A program made the position numbers and the translations under genes. A stretch of 64,000 bases of DNA from Candidatus Binatia bacterium (lineage in GTDB: Bacteria > Desulfobacterota > Binatia > Bin18). Positions within the stretch are counted from its first letter, which is position 1, and every line of letters starts with the position of its first letter. The notes under the pieces are model-generated. The model was given only the letters and a program-made list of their open reading frames with translations, was not told where the DNA came from and did not search any database. The stretch is from assembly GCA_050187625.1 (NCBI GenBank), contig JBFWXH010000027.1:4828-68827 (forward strand), read 5' to 3'. Positions 10,229-20,111 of the stretch are shown in pieces.

Positions 10229-10582
10229 CTACGCAGCCTCAAGCGCCCCTTTCTTGATGATATAGATAAGTCCGACAGAAAGAATGAGCACAAATACGAG
10301 CATCTCAATAAATCCGAAGACTCCAAGCTCTTTGAAGACGATTGCCCACGGATACATGAAAACAACTTCAACATCGAACACAATGAACAAAATCGCAGCC
10401 AAGTAAAATTTCACCGAGAATCTTCCCCAAGCTGACCCGCTGGGAGGATTTCCGCATTCGAAAGGTTCATCCTTTACTGCGGTATGCTTCGACGGACCGA
10501 GGATTCTACTAGCAAACGTCATCAGCGTTGCAATGGCACCGCTCAGCAATAAAGCAATCACAACTGGGATATATTGTTCCAT
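10229..10582 (-). CDS. nuoA: NADH-quinone oxidoreductase subunit A
   Basis: Motifs KDEPFECG and FYLAAILFIVFDVEVVFMYPWA. Confidence 0.95.
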   Translation of the reverse strand: MEQYIPVVIALLLSGAIATLMTFASRILGPSKHTAVKDEPFECGNPPSGSAWGRFSVKFYLAAILFIVFDVEVVFMYPWAIVFKELGVFGFIEMLVFVLILSVGLIYIIKKGALEAA

Positions 10583-10896
10583 AGAGAAAAAGACCGGCCC
10601 CTTTATGCCAGATGTGCAGGTAAAATCAAGGTTCCCGGCATCGCTAACAGAGTGTAGGGAGTACTGTCAACGACCCTACGTTTTCACACGAACCAATCCA
10701 GGCCCTTTTACCAAAGAAGAACCGCAAAGAAATGAAGAGAATTTGACCGCAGTTTCTTTCCTTACGGCTCAGGATTTCCTCCTTACAATCGAATCTCCAG
10801 CCTTGCGAGAGTGGGGTGGAGGTGTTACAACCTCACTCCTATTCTTTGAAAAATGCGATTGAGTCTGGCGGTCTCTCAATTCGATAAACCGTCCAA

Positions 10897-10986
<90 letters not shown>

Positions 10987-10987
10987 G

Positions 10988-11096
10988 TGGTGATAGCTAG
11001 GTCCTGCGCAAGGGAGGTCGGGAACCCCGCCAGGTCCGGAAGGAAGCAACGGTACCGCTCCTAACCCTGTGCCGCAGGGTAGCCTAGCTATCACCA
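10988..11096 (+). ncRNA. ffs: Signal recognition particle RNA (small bacterial 4.5S type)
   Basis: Terminal helix TGGTGATAGCTAGG/CCTAGCTATCACCA; conserved domain IV CAGGTCCGGAAGGAAGCA; canonical position upstream of dnaX. Confidence 0.93.
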
Positions 11097-11192
11097 GTGG
11101 CAACAAATTCGATGGACATAAAGTGTAAAAAGTAAAACGTAATAAAAAATTTCACGGATTACGCATTCCGTTTTTCGTGTGACGTTCTGGCC

Positions 11193-13001
11193 ATGAGCTA
11201 CCTTGTTTTAGCACGAAAGTGGCGACCTCAGACTTTTGATACGGTCGTGGGTCAAGAGCATGTTACTCGTACCCTTCGTAATGCGATCAGCAGCAATCGT
11301 GTTGCTCACGCTTTTCTCTTTACAGGTCCGCGCGGTGTCGGCAAAACCACAACCGCCCGATTACTCGCAAAAGCACTGAACTGCGAACAAGGGCCAACGG
11401 CTGACCCCTGTAACACGTGTAGTAACTGTATTGAAATCACAGCTGGCACCGCTCTCGATGTGTTGGAAATCGACGGCGCTTCTCATACTGGTGTCGACAA
11501 TATCCGGGATCTCACTGAGGGGACGCAGTATCGCCCAGTCAAGAGTCGATTTCGCGTCATTATCATCGATGAAGTGCATATGCTGTCGAATGCGGCTTTT
11601 AATGCCCTCCTGAAAACGCTGGAAGAGCCACCGCCTCATGTAAAGTTCATTTTTGCCACAACAGAATCCCACAAGATTCTTCCGACGATATTGTCGCGAT
11701 GTCAGCGGTACGACTTTAAGCGGATTCCTTTACGTGAGCTTCTGAAAAAATTACGCGACATTGCAGAAAACGAGGGGCTGACAACTGATGATGTTGGACT
11801 TGCCCTGCTTGCCCGCGAAGCAGATGGCAGTCTCCGTGATGCTGAGTCACTGCTCGACCAAGTCGTAGCGTGGGGAGATGGGATTATCAATGAGCAGTCA
11901 GTCCGAGAGGCGCTAGGAGTCGCGGATCGACAGGCCCTTTTTCGTCTCGTCGACGCCGTGCTTACGCAAGATCCGGCTTCCGCTTTGCGTCTGGCTGGAG
12001 ACTTATACCAATACGGATATGATCCCCGCCGGCTGTGTCATGACTTACTGGAACACTTTCGCAATCTTGTCCTTCTCAAAGTGAATCCCGAACTCGCAGC
12101 TGTTGCAGACTTGCCCGACCATGAGATTGCCACCATCCAACAACAAGCCTCTCCACTGTCATTAGAAGACCTTCAACGACTATTTACCCTCATGTTACGT
12201 ACAGAGGAGGAAGTAAATAAAACGGCGTATGCCCAGCTGGTCATCGAGATGACTCTCGTCAAGCTCGCGCGCCAACCAGCAATTTTGCCGATCGACGAAG
12301 CCCTTGCGCGGTTAGAAACGATAACCCAGGCACTATCAGGTGCCTCTTCGCCATCTTTTGCTGAGCGTGTTCAAGAAAAACCCGCTCCACCGCTCACTCC
12401 GGTCGCGAAATCATCTCCTCGGGCCCCTGCGCAAGAATCACCACCCTCTTCTCTTCGCCCATCACCGCCGTTGTCCAGAGAAGCCTCTCAAAAGCTGCTA
12501 GACAGACCTACTGCTCCCCAAAAGGAAGAAGCAAGTTCTCCCCGGTCAATCAGGGAAGCGACGCCACCCGTAGACGCACTTCCGTCAGGAGATTGGGAAC
12601 GATTTCTCACGTCGGTGCAAAAGGAAAAAATCTCAGTATTTTTTGCTCTGAAGTCCGGGCGGCTCCTCGAATTGACACAGACAAGCTTGCAAATTGTGCT
12701 TGAGAAAGATCCCTATTTCAAAGAGCTTACACGGAAAGAAAACCTGACACTGCTTGAATCGATAGCGAACCGAGTCTTTGGTCGTCCTCTCGCTGTAGAA
12801 ATCCACAAGAGTGGAAGCGCTCGGGCAGTTACGAGCCCGGCCTCTCCTGGGTCGGTCGCTTCACCTGCTGCCCCTGTTCAGATACAAAAACAACAAGAAA
12901 GTCATACTGACGATCCCCTCGTCCAAACTGTCCTCGACGTTCTCGGTGGTGAAGTGCAAAAAACACGCTCGCATCGGTTATCGGGCGAGCCCTCACAATA
13001 A
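11193..13001 (+). CDS. dnaX: DNA polymerase III subunit gamma/tau
   Basis: Motifs LARKWRPQTF, GPRGVGKTT, IIDEVHML and SRC; Pro/Ser-rich linker; dnaX-ybaB-recR synteny. Confidence 0.97.
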   Translation: MSYLVLARKWRPQTFDTVVGQEHVTRTLRNAISSNRVAHAFLFTGPRGVGKTTTARLLAKALNCEQGPTADPCNTCSNCIEITAGTALDVLEIDGASHTGVDNIRDLTEGTQYRPVKSRFRVIIIDEVHMLSNAAFNALLKTLEEPPPHVKFIFATTESHKILPTILSRCQRYDFKRIPLRELLKKLRDIAENEGLTTDDVGLALLAREADGSLRDAESLLDQVVAWGDGIINEQSVREALGVADRQALFRLVDAVLTQDPASALRLAGDLYQYGYDPRRLCHDLLEHFRNLVLLKVNPELAAVADLPDHEIATIQQQASPLSLEDLQRLFTLMLRTEEEVNKTAYAQLVIEMTLVKLARQPAILPIDEALARLETITQALSGASSPSFAERVQEKPAPPLTPVAKSSPRAPAQESPPSSLRPSPPLSREASQKLLDRPTAPQKEEASSPRSIREATPPVDALPSGDWERFLTSVQKEKISVFFALKSGRLLELTQTSLQIVLEKDPYFKELTRKENLTLLESIANRVFGRPLAVEIHKSGSARAVTSPASPGSVASPAAPVQIQKQQESHTDDPLVQTVLDVLGGEVQKTRSHRLSGEPSQ

Positions 13002-13015
13002 ACGAAGGAGCACTC

Positions 13016-13318
13016 ATGGCAAACCTCGGAGACCCGATGAAGATACTGTCCAAACTGACACGGCTACAAGAGGAAGTGGCAAAGAAAACGGTCGAGTCGT
13101 CCGCAGGTGGCAATATGGTCACAGCGGTTGTCAACGGACGGTTAGAAGTTCTTTCCCTGCAGATTGACCCAGCAGTTGTCACCTCTGGCGATGTGGAGAT
13201 GCTCCAAGACCTTGTCATTGCTGCGGTCAACGAAGGGATTCGCAAAGCCCAAAAAATGATGGCGGACGAAATGGGTAAAGTGACAGGGGGATTAAAAATC
13301 CCTGGGCTCACAGCCTAA
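13016..13318 (+). CDS. ybaB: YbaB/EbfC nucleoid-associated protein
   Basis: Motifs AGGNMV and DVEMLQDLVIAAVNE; lies between dnaX and recR; AGGAG RBS. Confidence 0.93.
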   Translation: MANLGDPMKILSKLTRLQEEVAKKTVESSAGGNMVTAVVNGRLEVLSLQIDPAVVTSGDVEMLQDLVIAAVNEGIRKAQKMMADEMGKVTGGLKIPGLTA

Positions 13319-13354
13319 TGTATGCCCGGCAATACAGCATACATTGAATCACGT

Positions 13355-13951
13355 ATGCAGCTCACACCGGCCCTCTCACGTCTTGTACAAGAACTAGGGA
13401 AACTCCCAGGAGTTGGCGAGAAAACCGCGATGCGTCTCGCGTTATTCATCCTTGGAGCGGGCCGAGAATATGTAGAGAATCTGGCTGAAGCAATTTGGGC
13501 AGTGAAGGCCGAAACTACCCACTGCCAACGCTGCTTCGGCCTCGCCGAAGGGGAGCTCTGTCCTGTATGCAGCGATCCAAAACGCAGTAATGAGTCCATT
13601 TGTGTGGTTGAAGAACCAGCTGATCTCTTAGCCGTCGAACGTGCCCAGGAATATCACGGACGCTACCATGTGTTACACGGGGTCCTAGCACCACTCGACG
13701 GGATTGGTCCAGAAGAACTAAAGATTGCTCCTCTGATGGAACGCCTCCGAGAAGGCCAGACGCAAGAGGTCATTATCGCAACCAACCCGACAGTTGAGGG
13801 AGAAGCGACGGCCTTATATCTGGCAAAGCTGATCAAGCCGCTAGGCATACGTGTCAGCCGGATCGCACATGGCATCCCAATGGGAGGTGACGTTGAGTAC
13901 GTTGATGCGGTCACGCTTGGCCGGGCGATTGAAGGACGACGAGAAATGTAA
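13355..13951 (+). CDS. recR: Recombination mediator RecR
   Basis: HhH motif LPGVGEKTAMRL, C4 Zn finger, TOPRIM motif EVIIATNPTVEGEATA. The start could alternatively be 13322. Confidence 0.96.
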   Translation: MQLTPALSRLVQELGKLPGVGEKTAMRLALFILGAGREYVENLAEAIWAVKAETTHCQRCFGLAEGELCPVCSDPKRSNESICVVEEPADLLAVERAQEYHGRYHVLHGVLAPLDGIGPEELKIAPLMERLREGQTQEVIIATNPTVEGEATALYLAKLIKPLGIRVSRIAHGIPMGGDVEYVDAVTLGRAIEGRREM

Positions 13952-13977
13952 TCGGTGTTGATAACCTGATGATGTGC

Positions 13978-14006
13978 TTTACACGTTCTTGTCCCTTTGC
14001 TACAAC
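13978..14006 (+). promoter_or_regulatory. Putative sigma70 promoter of the tRNA-Asn gene
   Basis: TTTACA-17 nt-TACAAC with a TG extended -10, ending 12 nt before the tRNA 5' end. Confidence 0.5.
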
Positions 14007-14018
14007 ACTGGCCGACAA

Positions 14019-14340
14019 TCCTCGGTAGCTCAACCGGCAGAGCAATCGGCTGTAATTGTTGCAGCTTCAACGGGAAACCGTCGTTGAAAAACCGGGTGAA
14101 TTCAGGGAAGCCTAAACCAAACACGTTTGGCAAGGTAATCCTGAGCGAAGCCTGCTGAAGGGTAGACAGTAAGCAGGAACGTGCAGAGACTAGAGGCTGA
14201 GGAACCCGTCCAATAACGCCTCACAAGCGCCCGGCGCCCCCCCTTAGCATGCTAGGCGGGCGATGAGATAGTCCGAACCTAAGAGAAATCTTAGGGGTTT
14301 CGTAACCGATGGGTTGTAGGTTCGAGTCCTACCCGAGGAG
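14019..14340 (+). tRNA. tRNA-Asn(GUU), intron-containing (exons 14019-14053 and 14303-14340)
   Basis: The joined exons form a perfect 73-nt cloverleaf: TCCTCGG/CCGAGGA acceptor, GCTC/GAGC D-stem, ATCGG-CT-GT^T-AA-CCGAT anticodon arm, GTAGG-TTCGAGT-CCTAC T-arm, discriminator G. CCA is not encoded. Confidence 0.93.
14054..14302 (+). ncRNA. Group I self-splicing intron (249 nt, no ORF, probably subgroup IA)
   Basis: P1 GCTGT/GCAGC with U-G at the 5' splice site; P3 CCGGGTG(14092)/CGCCCGG(14228); P AATTCAGGGAA; Q AATCCTGAGC; R GCAGAGACTA; S GAGATAGTCC (P7 GACTA/TAGTC); P9 CCTAAGA-GAAA-TCTTAGG; terminal omega-G at 14302. Confidence 0.92.
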
Positions 14341-14350
14341 CTTTCACCCT

Positions 14351-14390
14351 AACAGCCGCATGGAGCATACACCATGCGGCTGTTCCTTTT
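14351..14390 (+). terminator. Intrinsic terminator after tRNA-Asn
   Basis: 13-bp stem AACAGCCGCATGG/CCATGCGGCTGTT followed by CCTTTT. Confidence 0.65.
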
Positions 14391-14451
14391 CCGTTCTCAG
14401 AACGTGCCGCGCGGCCGTCGCCGTACGAATGTGCGGGGCGACTTGAACAAC

Positions 14452-16536
14452 TCACAAATGGGACGTTTGGGTACGCACGATGAGCAGTGACGACGGGCAT
14501 TGGGTCGCGATCCGTTCCGACCGCAACCCGAAGACGTGGGGTTCAAGTTGCCATTCTTCTCCTACTCCAAGTATCGTGAGGTCATACCCTACTGCCGCTT
14601 GTAACACGGCTGCCACTGGGTCGTCGCCCTCTACTACTATAAACCGAGTCGTTGCCCCATGCGGTTCCGGAAATTCCTGCGCGAGTTGGCTCTGGACTTC
14701 TTGCTCCAGGTGAGGGTGTAGACGGCCCGGACGGACAATGTGCAAAAGCGTTACCTGTGCCCGATAGCGACAGCCGATACGAGCCGCGATGCCAAGTGCC
14801 GCTCGATCATGTGCCGTCCCGGTGTACGGCAGAAGGATATGACGGGGAGGGAAGGGGCAGTCCTTATCTACGAAGACTGCCACGTCTGCTCGACTCCCGT
14901 GCATCACTTGCTGCACGGTTCCACCGAGTATTGCCTGGCTGAAGACGGGCTTATGCCATCCCATAACAATCAAGCCCACACCTTTGGCTTGCGCCACGTC
15001 ACAGATATCAGCCCCTGGGGTGCGGCTCAGAAATGCTAAGGGATGGACATCCACCCCCCGTGCTTGTGCATGGGTCATTAACAGTGCGAGAGCGTCATGC
15101 TTGACAGAGGGCGACTCCAGGGCTCGTGCCCCCAGTGTCCCCCGTTCAAGGGGACGACTGAGGTGGAGGGCATAGATCAGTGGCCTCTCTCCTTCCGCAA
15201 TGGCGACTGCCACCTCGAGCAGGGCGGGCCCAGAATGGGCAAGCGCAACCGGCACTAATACTGGAACTCCTTGTGCGGGCGTTGCAAACGTACGGACCTC
15301 TGTGCCCCAGCGGTCTCTCGGATAGATCAAAGTAAGGGCAGGAGTGGTCATGAACGTGGTAACGAGAGCCATCATGACCATCATGGCAAAGAGTGTCGGC
15401 GAGATGACCCCAAGATCAAGTCCAATGTTGAGAATGATCAGTTCCATGAGACCTCGCGTGTTCATCAAGACGCCGACTGCGCTCGCTTCTCGCACCTTCA
15501 TTCCAGTAGCAACAGCGGCAAGCGTGCATCCCCCAAACTTCCCGACGGTCGCCGCCCCAATAACCACGAGGCAGATGAGCCAGGATTCGACGCCTTCAAG
15601 TAACCCTAGATGAGTCCGCAACCCCGTGTAAGCAAAATACAGCGGGAGTAGAAAGACGACGGCAAAGTCTTCGACTTTTTCCGTGAGTTCTCGCACAAAG
15701 GTACTCTGCTTGGGCATCACCGTACCAAGCATAAACGCACCAAAAACAGCGTGAATACCGATAAGGTCGGTCACTGCGGCACTACTTAACACAAGGAGAA
15801 ATACGCTAGCCACGACATTCTGAGAGAGTCGACCAGTTGTATCGTACAGAAGCCTGACGCGAGCGAGCAACGGGCGGATGAGCAACAGCATGGCGCTGAT
15901 GTATAAAACAGCAAGTCCGATCGTGACCCCTGTCTCCTGCACGCCCGCCGCGCGGACCAAGGCCACGACCACAGCGAGGAGACACCATGCGGTGATGTCA
16001 TCGATCGCCGCACAAGTTACCGCGACAGCGCCGACTTTCGTTTTTAGCAGATCTCGCTCAATGAGAATTCGAGCAAGCACGGGAAAAGCGGTGACTGACA
16101 TGGCAGCTCCCAAGAACAACGCAAAACTCAGCAACGGGACAGCGTCCGGGGCAAGTCGAGCGTGAAGGGAGAACGCAAGCAGGACTCCGAGGAGAAAGGG
16201 AACAATGATGCCTGCTTGTGAGATAATCAACGCTGCCCGTCCGCGACCGTGGAGGAGTGCGGGATCCAACTCGAGCCCCACGAGAAACATAAAAAACAAC
16301 ACGCCGTACTCACTCAAAACCTTGAGAAACGGCAAGACAGGCGGTGGAAAGAGTGTAGCAGCGGTATCGGGAGCAATCCAGCCGAGAAATGATGGCCCCA
16401 GGAGAACTCCTGCGGCAATCTCACCAATGACCTGTGGTTGTTGAAGCCGTCTAACCCCGATCCCGAGAAGTCGTGACACCGCAATAATGACAACGATACC
16501 TACGGTAAGATGCAATAGCGTGCTCTCTAAGGTCAT
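14452..16536 (-). CDS. CPA2-family cation/H+ antiporter with C-terminal universal-stress-protein-like domains
   Basis: Motifs QPQVIGEIAAGVLLGPS, MSVTAFPVLARIL and LMNTRGLMELIIL; USP-like LIVMGWH..LGGTV. Start placed at MTLEST. Confidence 0.9.
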   Translation of the reverse strand: MTLESTLLHLTVGIVVIIAVSRLLGIGVRRLQQPQVIGEIAAGVLLGPSFLGWIAPDTAATLFPPPVLPFLKVLSEYGVLFFMFLVGLELDPALLHGRGRAALIISQAGIIVPFLLGVLLAFSLHARLAPDAVPLLSFALFLGAAMSVTAFPVLARILIERDLLKTKVGAVAVTCAAIDDITAWCLLAVVVALVRAAGVQETGVTIGLAVLYISAMLLLIRPLLARVRLLYDTTGRLSQNVVASVFLLVLSSAAVTDLIGIHAVFGAFMLGTVMPKQSTFVRELTEKVEDFAVVFLLPLYFAYTGLRTHLGLLEGVESWLICLVVIGAATVGKFGGCTLAAVATGMKVREASAVGVLMNTRGLMELIILNIGLDLGVISPTLFAMMVMMALVTTFMTTPALTLIYPRDRWGTEVRTFATPAQGVPVLVPVALAHSGPALLEVAVAIAEGERPLIYALHLSRPLERGTLGARALESPSVKHDALALLMTHAQARGVDVHPLAFLSRTPGADICDVAQAKGVGLIVMGWHKPVFSQAILGGTVQQVMHGSRADVAVFVDKDCPFPPRHILLPYTGTAHDRAALGIAARIGCRYRAQVTLLHIVRPGRLHPHLEQEVQSQLAQEFPEPHGATTRFIVVEGDDPVAAVLQAAVGYDLTILGVGEEWQLEPHVFGLRSERIATQCPSSLLIVRTQTSHL

Positions 16537-16739
16537 GTGGAGTGCGACGTTGTTTAGAGAGGCATCTGGAGGAGCGGAGAAGAGGTATAACCCGGCCAAT
16601 CGCGACAAATTTTTATCAACAAGTCGGAAGCTCCTCTCTGCATCACAAGACACCGAAGTTCCAACACCTATCACCTAATCCAGGTATAGACAGTGCGCAG
16701 CGTACTGAATCAAGTCGTTCATGTCTAACGCGTCCGCCT

Positions 16740-19487
16740 TTAGTGGGTATAACTCGGCGAGACAGCGATAGGTCTCGCAGCTACAATACGTCTGATCCAC
16801 TTCTCCAAACCAACGACAACATATATGCCGACTCCCGCCGCGACAATACGAAGCCAAGCGTCAAACCCAATCGGGGCGCTGTGAAAAAGATGGTTCATGA
16901 GTTCGGTGTAAGTGAAGAGCATCTGTAGCCCAATCATTGACCCGGCCCCAAGGAGCAACCACGGATTAGAAAACAGACCGAGCGCGAACATCGAGCGGGT
17001 CAATGAACGGCAATTAAAGAGATAAAACAATTCACCCATCACTAACATATTGACCGCGACGGTTCTGGCTTCGGCCTCCTCAGCACCTTGCTGGACTTCC
17101 CACACAAACAAACCAAACGCCCCTGCGAGGAGAAGGATACTGACTATCAAGATACGTATCACAAGTGTCATCGAGAGGATTGGCGCGTGCGGGTCGCGCG
17201 GCGGTCGTTGCATGACGTCGGTTTCCTTTGGCTCGAAAGCTAGCATAAGCCCGAGGAGGAGCGCCGTCGTCATATTGACCCAGAGAATCTGCACCGGCAG
17301 GATGGGAAGCGTTATCCCTGCAGCGATAGCCGTCATGATCACTAACGCTTCACCTCCGTTCGTTGGCAGCGTCCAGGTGATAAATTTCGTCAGATTATCA
17401 AACACACAGCGCCCTTCTTCTACCGCCGCTTCAATCGAGGCAAAGTTGTCGTCCGTAAGCAACATATCCGCCGCTTCTCTAGCGACCTCCGTACCTGCCA
17501 TACCCATGGCGATGCCAATATCCGCCTGCTTGAGTGCCGGGGCATCGTTCACACCGTCACCGGTCATTGCGACCACATGACCGCAGGACTGCAAAGCCTC
17601 TACGAGGCGTAGTTTTTGTTCTGGGGTGACACGAGCGAACACGGCGACGTTTTCCGCCGCTTCCGCCAATTGGTGACCTTCGAGCTCCGCTAGCTCTACC
17701 CCACTCAGTCCTGGCGTCTGTCCAGCCGGGTTGAGTCCAATAGTTTGTGCGATCGCGGTGGCGGTCAGCACATGATCACCGGTGATCATCTTGACAGCGA
17801 TTCCTGCCGCTTGGCAGTCTTCGACCGCCACAATGGCCTCCGGACGTGGGGGATCAATCATGCCCTGAAGTCCAAGAAACATGAGCCCTTCTTTTAGATC
17901 CGTATGGTGTACCGTGTGCTTATGGGTGTCGACGATCCGCTTTGCAAAAGCCAGGACTCGCAATCCCTTGGCTGCCATGGTGCTGGCCGCCTGTTCAAGG
18001 GGCCGACGGACTAACGGTATGGCATTGCCTTGTGCGTCCAGCATCATCGTGCACCGCGCCAAGATCACTTCCACAGCGCCTTTGCTATAGAGGATTCCCT
18101 CTGCTCCGTTGGCACTTCTGTGCAAAGTCACCATATATTGGTGCTGCGATTCAAAGGGAAGAACGTCGATGCGCGGCAGGTCGTGTTCCACTCTCTGCTG
18201 CGACAATCCAGCTTTCTGGGCCACGGAAAGCAACGCCCCTTCCGTCGGGTCACCCTCCACAATCCACCGGCCGTCTTTTTCCGTCAACGCAGAGTCGTTG
18301 CAAAGCAGTCCTGCCAACACACACTCGTGCAGTGCGGGCGCGTTCGCAATCGTCACTGGCTGTTCCGCACGGAAAATCTGCCCGCTCGGCGTATACCCAG
18401 TCCCGCTGACGGCGTACAGGTGCTCCCCTGCATAGATCTCCTGCACGGTCATCTGATTTTCCGTCAACGTGCCAGTTTTATCGGAGCAGATCACAGTTGT
18501 ACTGCCAAGGGTCTCCACTGCCGGCAACTTACGGATAATGGCGCGACGACGAGCCATCCGCGACACGCCAATCGCCAGCGTAATCGTGATCGCCGCTGGG
18601 AGCCCCTCCGGAATCGCACCCACTGCCAGCGCCACCGCCGCCATAAACATGGCGAAGGGCGATTCTCCACGCCACAGGCCAAGCGCAAAAGTCGCCGCCG
18701 CCAGCACCAGAATGACATGGAGTAAGAGATGGCTGAATTCTTTGATCTTACGAGTCAGCGGAGTCGAGAGCTCAACCGCCTGGGCGACAAGCTGTGAGAT
18801 ACGGCCGGTTTCGGTCGCGTCACCAATAGCAACAACGACGCCGGTTCCTTGTCCGTACGTCACCAGGCTGCCGGCATAGGCCATATTGACCCGATCCGCG
18901 AGCGGCGTCTCTGCTGGTAGCGATTTACTTCCTTTGGTCACGGGGACGGATTCTCCCGTCAGCGCGGATTCGTCCACTTGGAGATCACGGACTTTGAGCA
19001 GTCGCACATCCGCTGGAACTTTATCGCCTGACGCCAAGAGGACCACGTCACCCCGTGTCAATTCCCGAGAAGGAAGGCGTCGTTTTCTTCTATCGCGGAC
19101 CACAGTTGCCTCTGTAGTAACAACTCGTGCGAGAGCCGCGATAGCATTTTCAGCCCTCGCTTCCTGAATGAACCCGACCACAGCGTTGACCAAGACCACC
19201 CCAAAAATCACACCAGCGTCCACCCACTCTTGTAACAGTGCGGTTACGGCAGTTGCTGCCAAGAGGAGGTAGATTAACGGTTGATGGAATTGCAACAAGA
19301 AGCGCACCCACGCGCTCCGTTGTTTTTGCGCGGTAATTTCGTTGGGGCCAAAACGCGCCTGACGTGCCACTGCCTCTTCCGTCGTCAAGCCGGTCTCCGG
19401 TTGACTGCCAAGCAACTCAGAGACCTCATGCTCCGGCAAATGGTGCCACTGTTTCTCAAGCAAGGTTTCCATTGCGGTGTTGGACAT
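16740..19487 (-). CDS. P-type cation-transporting ATPase (P2A, Ca2+-type)
   Basis: Motifs TGES, IPEGLP, DKTGTLT, KGAVE, TGD and GDGVNDAP. Confidence 0.95.
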   Translation of the reverse strand: MSNTAMETLLEKQWHHLPEHEVSELLGSQPETGLTTEEAVARQARFGPNEITAQKQRSAWVRFLLQFHQPLIYLLLAATAVTALLQEWVDAGVIFGVVLVNAVVGFIQEARAENAIAALARVVTTEATVVRDRRKRRLPSRELTRGDVVLLASGDKVPADVRLLKVRDLQVDESALTGESVPVTKGSKSLPAETPLADRVNMAYAGSLVTYGQGTGVVVAIGDATETGRISQLVAQAVELSTPLTRKIKEFSHLLLHVILVLAAATFALGLWRGESPFAMFMAAVALAVGAIPEGLPAAITITLAIGVSRMARRRAIIRKLPAVETLGSTTVICSDKTGTLTENQMTVQEIYAGEHLYAVSGTGYTPSGQIFRAEQPVTIANAPALHECVLAGLLCNDSALTEKDGRWIVEGDPTEGALLSVAQKAGLSQQRVEHDLPRIDVLPFESQHQYMVTLHRSANGAEGILYSKGAVEVILARCTMMLDAQGNAIPLVRRPLEQAASTMAAKGLRVLAFAKRIVDTHKHTVHHTDLKEGLMFLGLQGMIDPPRPEAIVAVEDCQAAGIAVKMITGDHVLTATAIAQTIGLNPAGQTPGLSGVELAELEGHQLAEAAENVAVFARVTPEQKLRLVEALQSCGHVVAMTGDGVNDAPALKQADIGIAMGMAGTEVAREAADMLLTDDNFASIEAAVEEGRCVFDNLTKFITWTLPTNGGEALVIMTAIAAGITLPILPVQILWVNMTTALLLGLMLAFEPKETDVMQRPPRDPHAPILSMTLVIRILIVSILLLAGAFGLFVWEVQQGAEEAEARTVAVNMLVMGELFYLFNCRSLTRSMFALGLFSNPWLLLGAGSMIGLQMLFTYTELMNHLFHSAPIGFDAWLRIVAAGVGIYVVVGLEKWIRRIVAARPIAVSPSYTH

Positions 19488-20111
19488 TACCCCTCTCCTT
19501 CCATCTCTGTGAGTCTCCTGAGGTCACAACTCGCACTTCACCCGCGCAGCATTACGAGTGAGGATGGCTACCGAATAACTCACATCAGGCTATTATTTTG
19601 TATAGCGCATTTTCTATAGGTGCCCGTGCTTGCTCTGTCTGGGGACAGTGACCACTCGATTCGGCCACACCCGTGTACAGTCACGACTGCACCTCCCTTT
19701 TGTCGTGCTCGTCAGACCGGAGGAAACTTTTTTTGTTCCAGCAATCTGTGTCGTCTGTGTCCGCCCACTCAGAAACATGAATCTGCGCCATAGGGTATGG
19801 GCGAGCTTTTCCGCGATCTGTCAGCCGTTAGTACCGTAGCAAAAGCCGGGCCGATCTCACACCACTCCAGCAGGGTCTTGCTATCTGTGGAGTTTTACCC
19901 CACTGAGGCGTGAGCCGACATCTGTTTCCCTTCTGTCGCGCTACCAAGAGACATTCCATTGTCTGGTTCCTGCACAACTCCTGTTCGTCAAGAAACAACA
20001 GAGAAGATTTCTCAGCTCGTGTCGAATAGTGTAGAAAAACCCGTGAACTCAACACTGGCACCACGGAAACAAAAGGCATCGACGCCATCATTCCGCGGGG
20101 AAAGGCAACAT

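Noticed and set aside
10533-10862. 109-aa ORF between nuoA and tRNA-Ser
   Set aside because: It overlaps nuoA antisense, has no recognisable motif, and lies in a divergent promoter region.
12300-13001. Programmed frameshift in dnaX giving a gamma subunit
   Set aside because: I saw no A AAA AAG heptamer with a downstream hairpin and no long A run in the linker.
14054-14302. Homing endonuclease within the intron
   Set aside because: The 249 nt are fully accounted for by core helices, leaving no room for an ORF.
13663-14500. Minus-strand ORFs 13663-14133 and 14291-14500
   Set aside because: They are antisense shadows of recR, the tRNA exons and the intron (PRVGLEPTT is the usual reverse translation of a tRNA T-arm).
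19490-20110. Sigma54 -24/-12 promoters in the ATPase-marC and neighbouring intergenic regions
   Set aside because: The TGGC/GGCAC candidates I checked lack TTGC at the required spacing.
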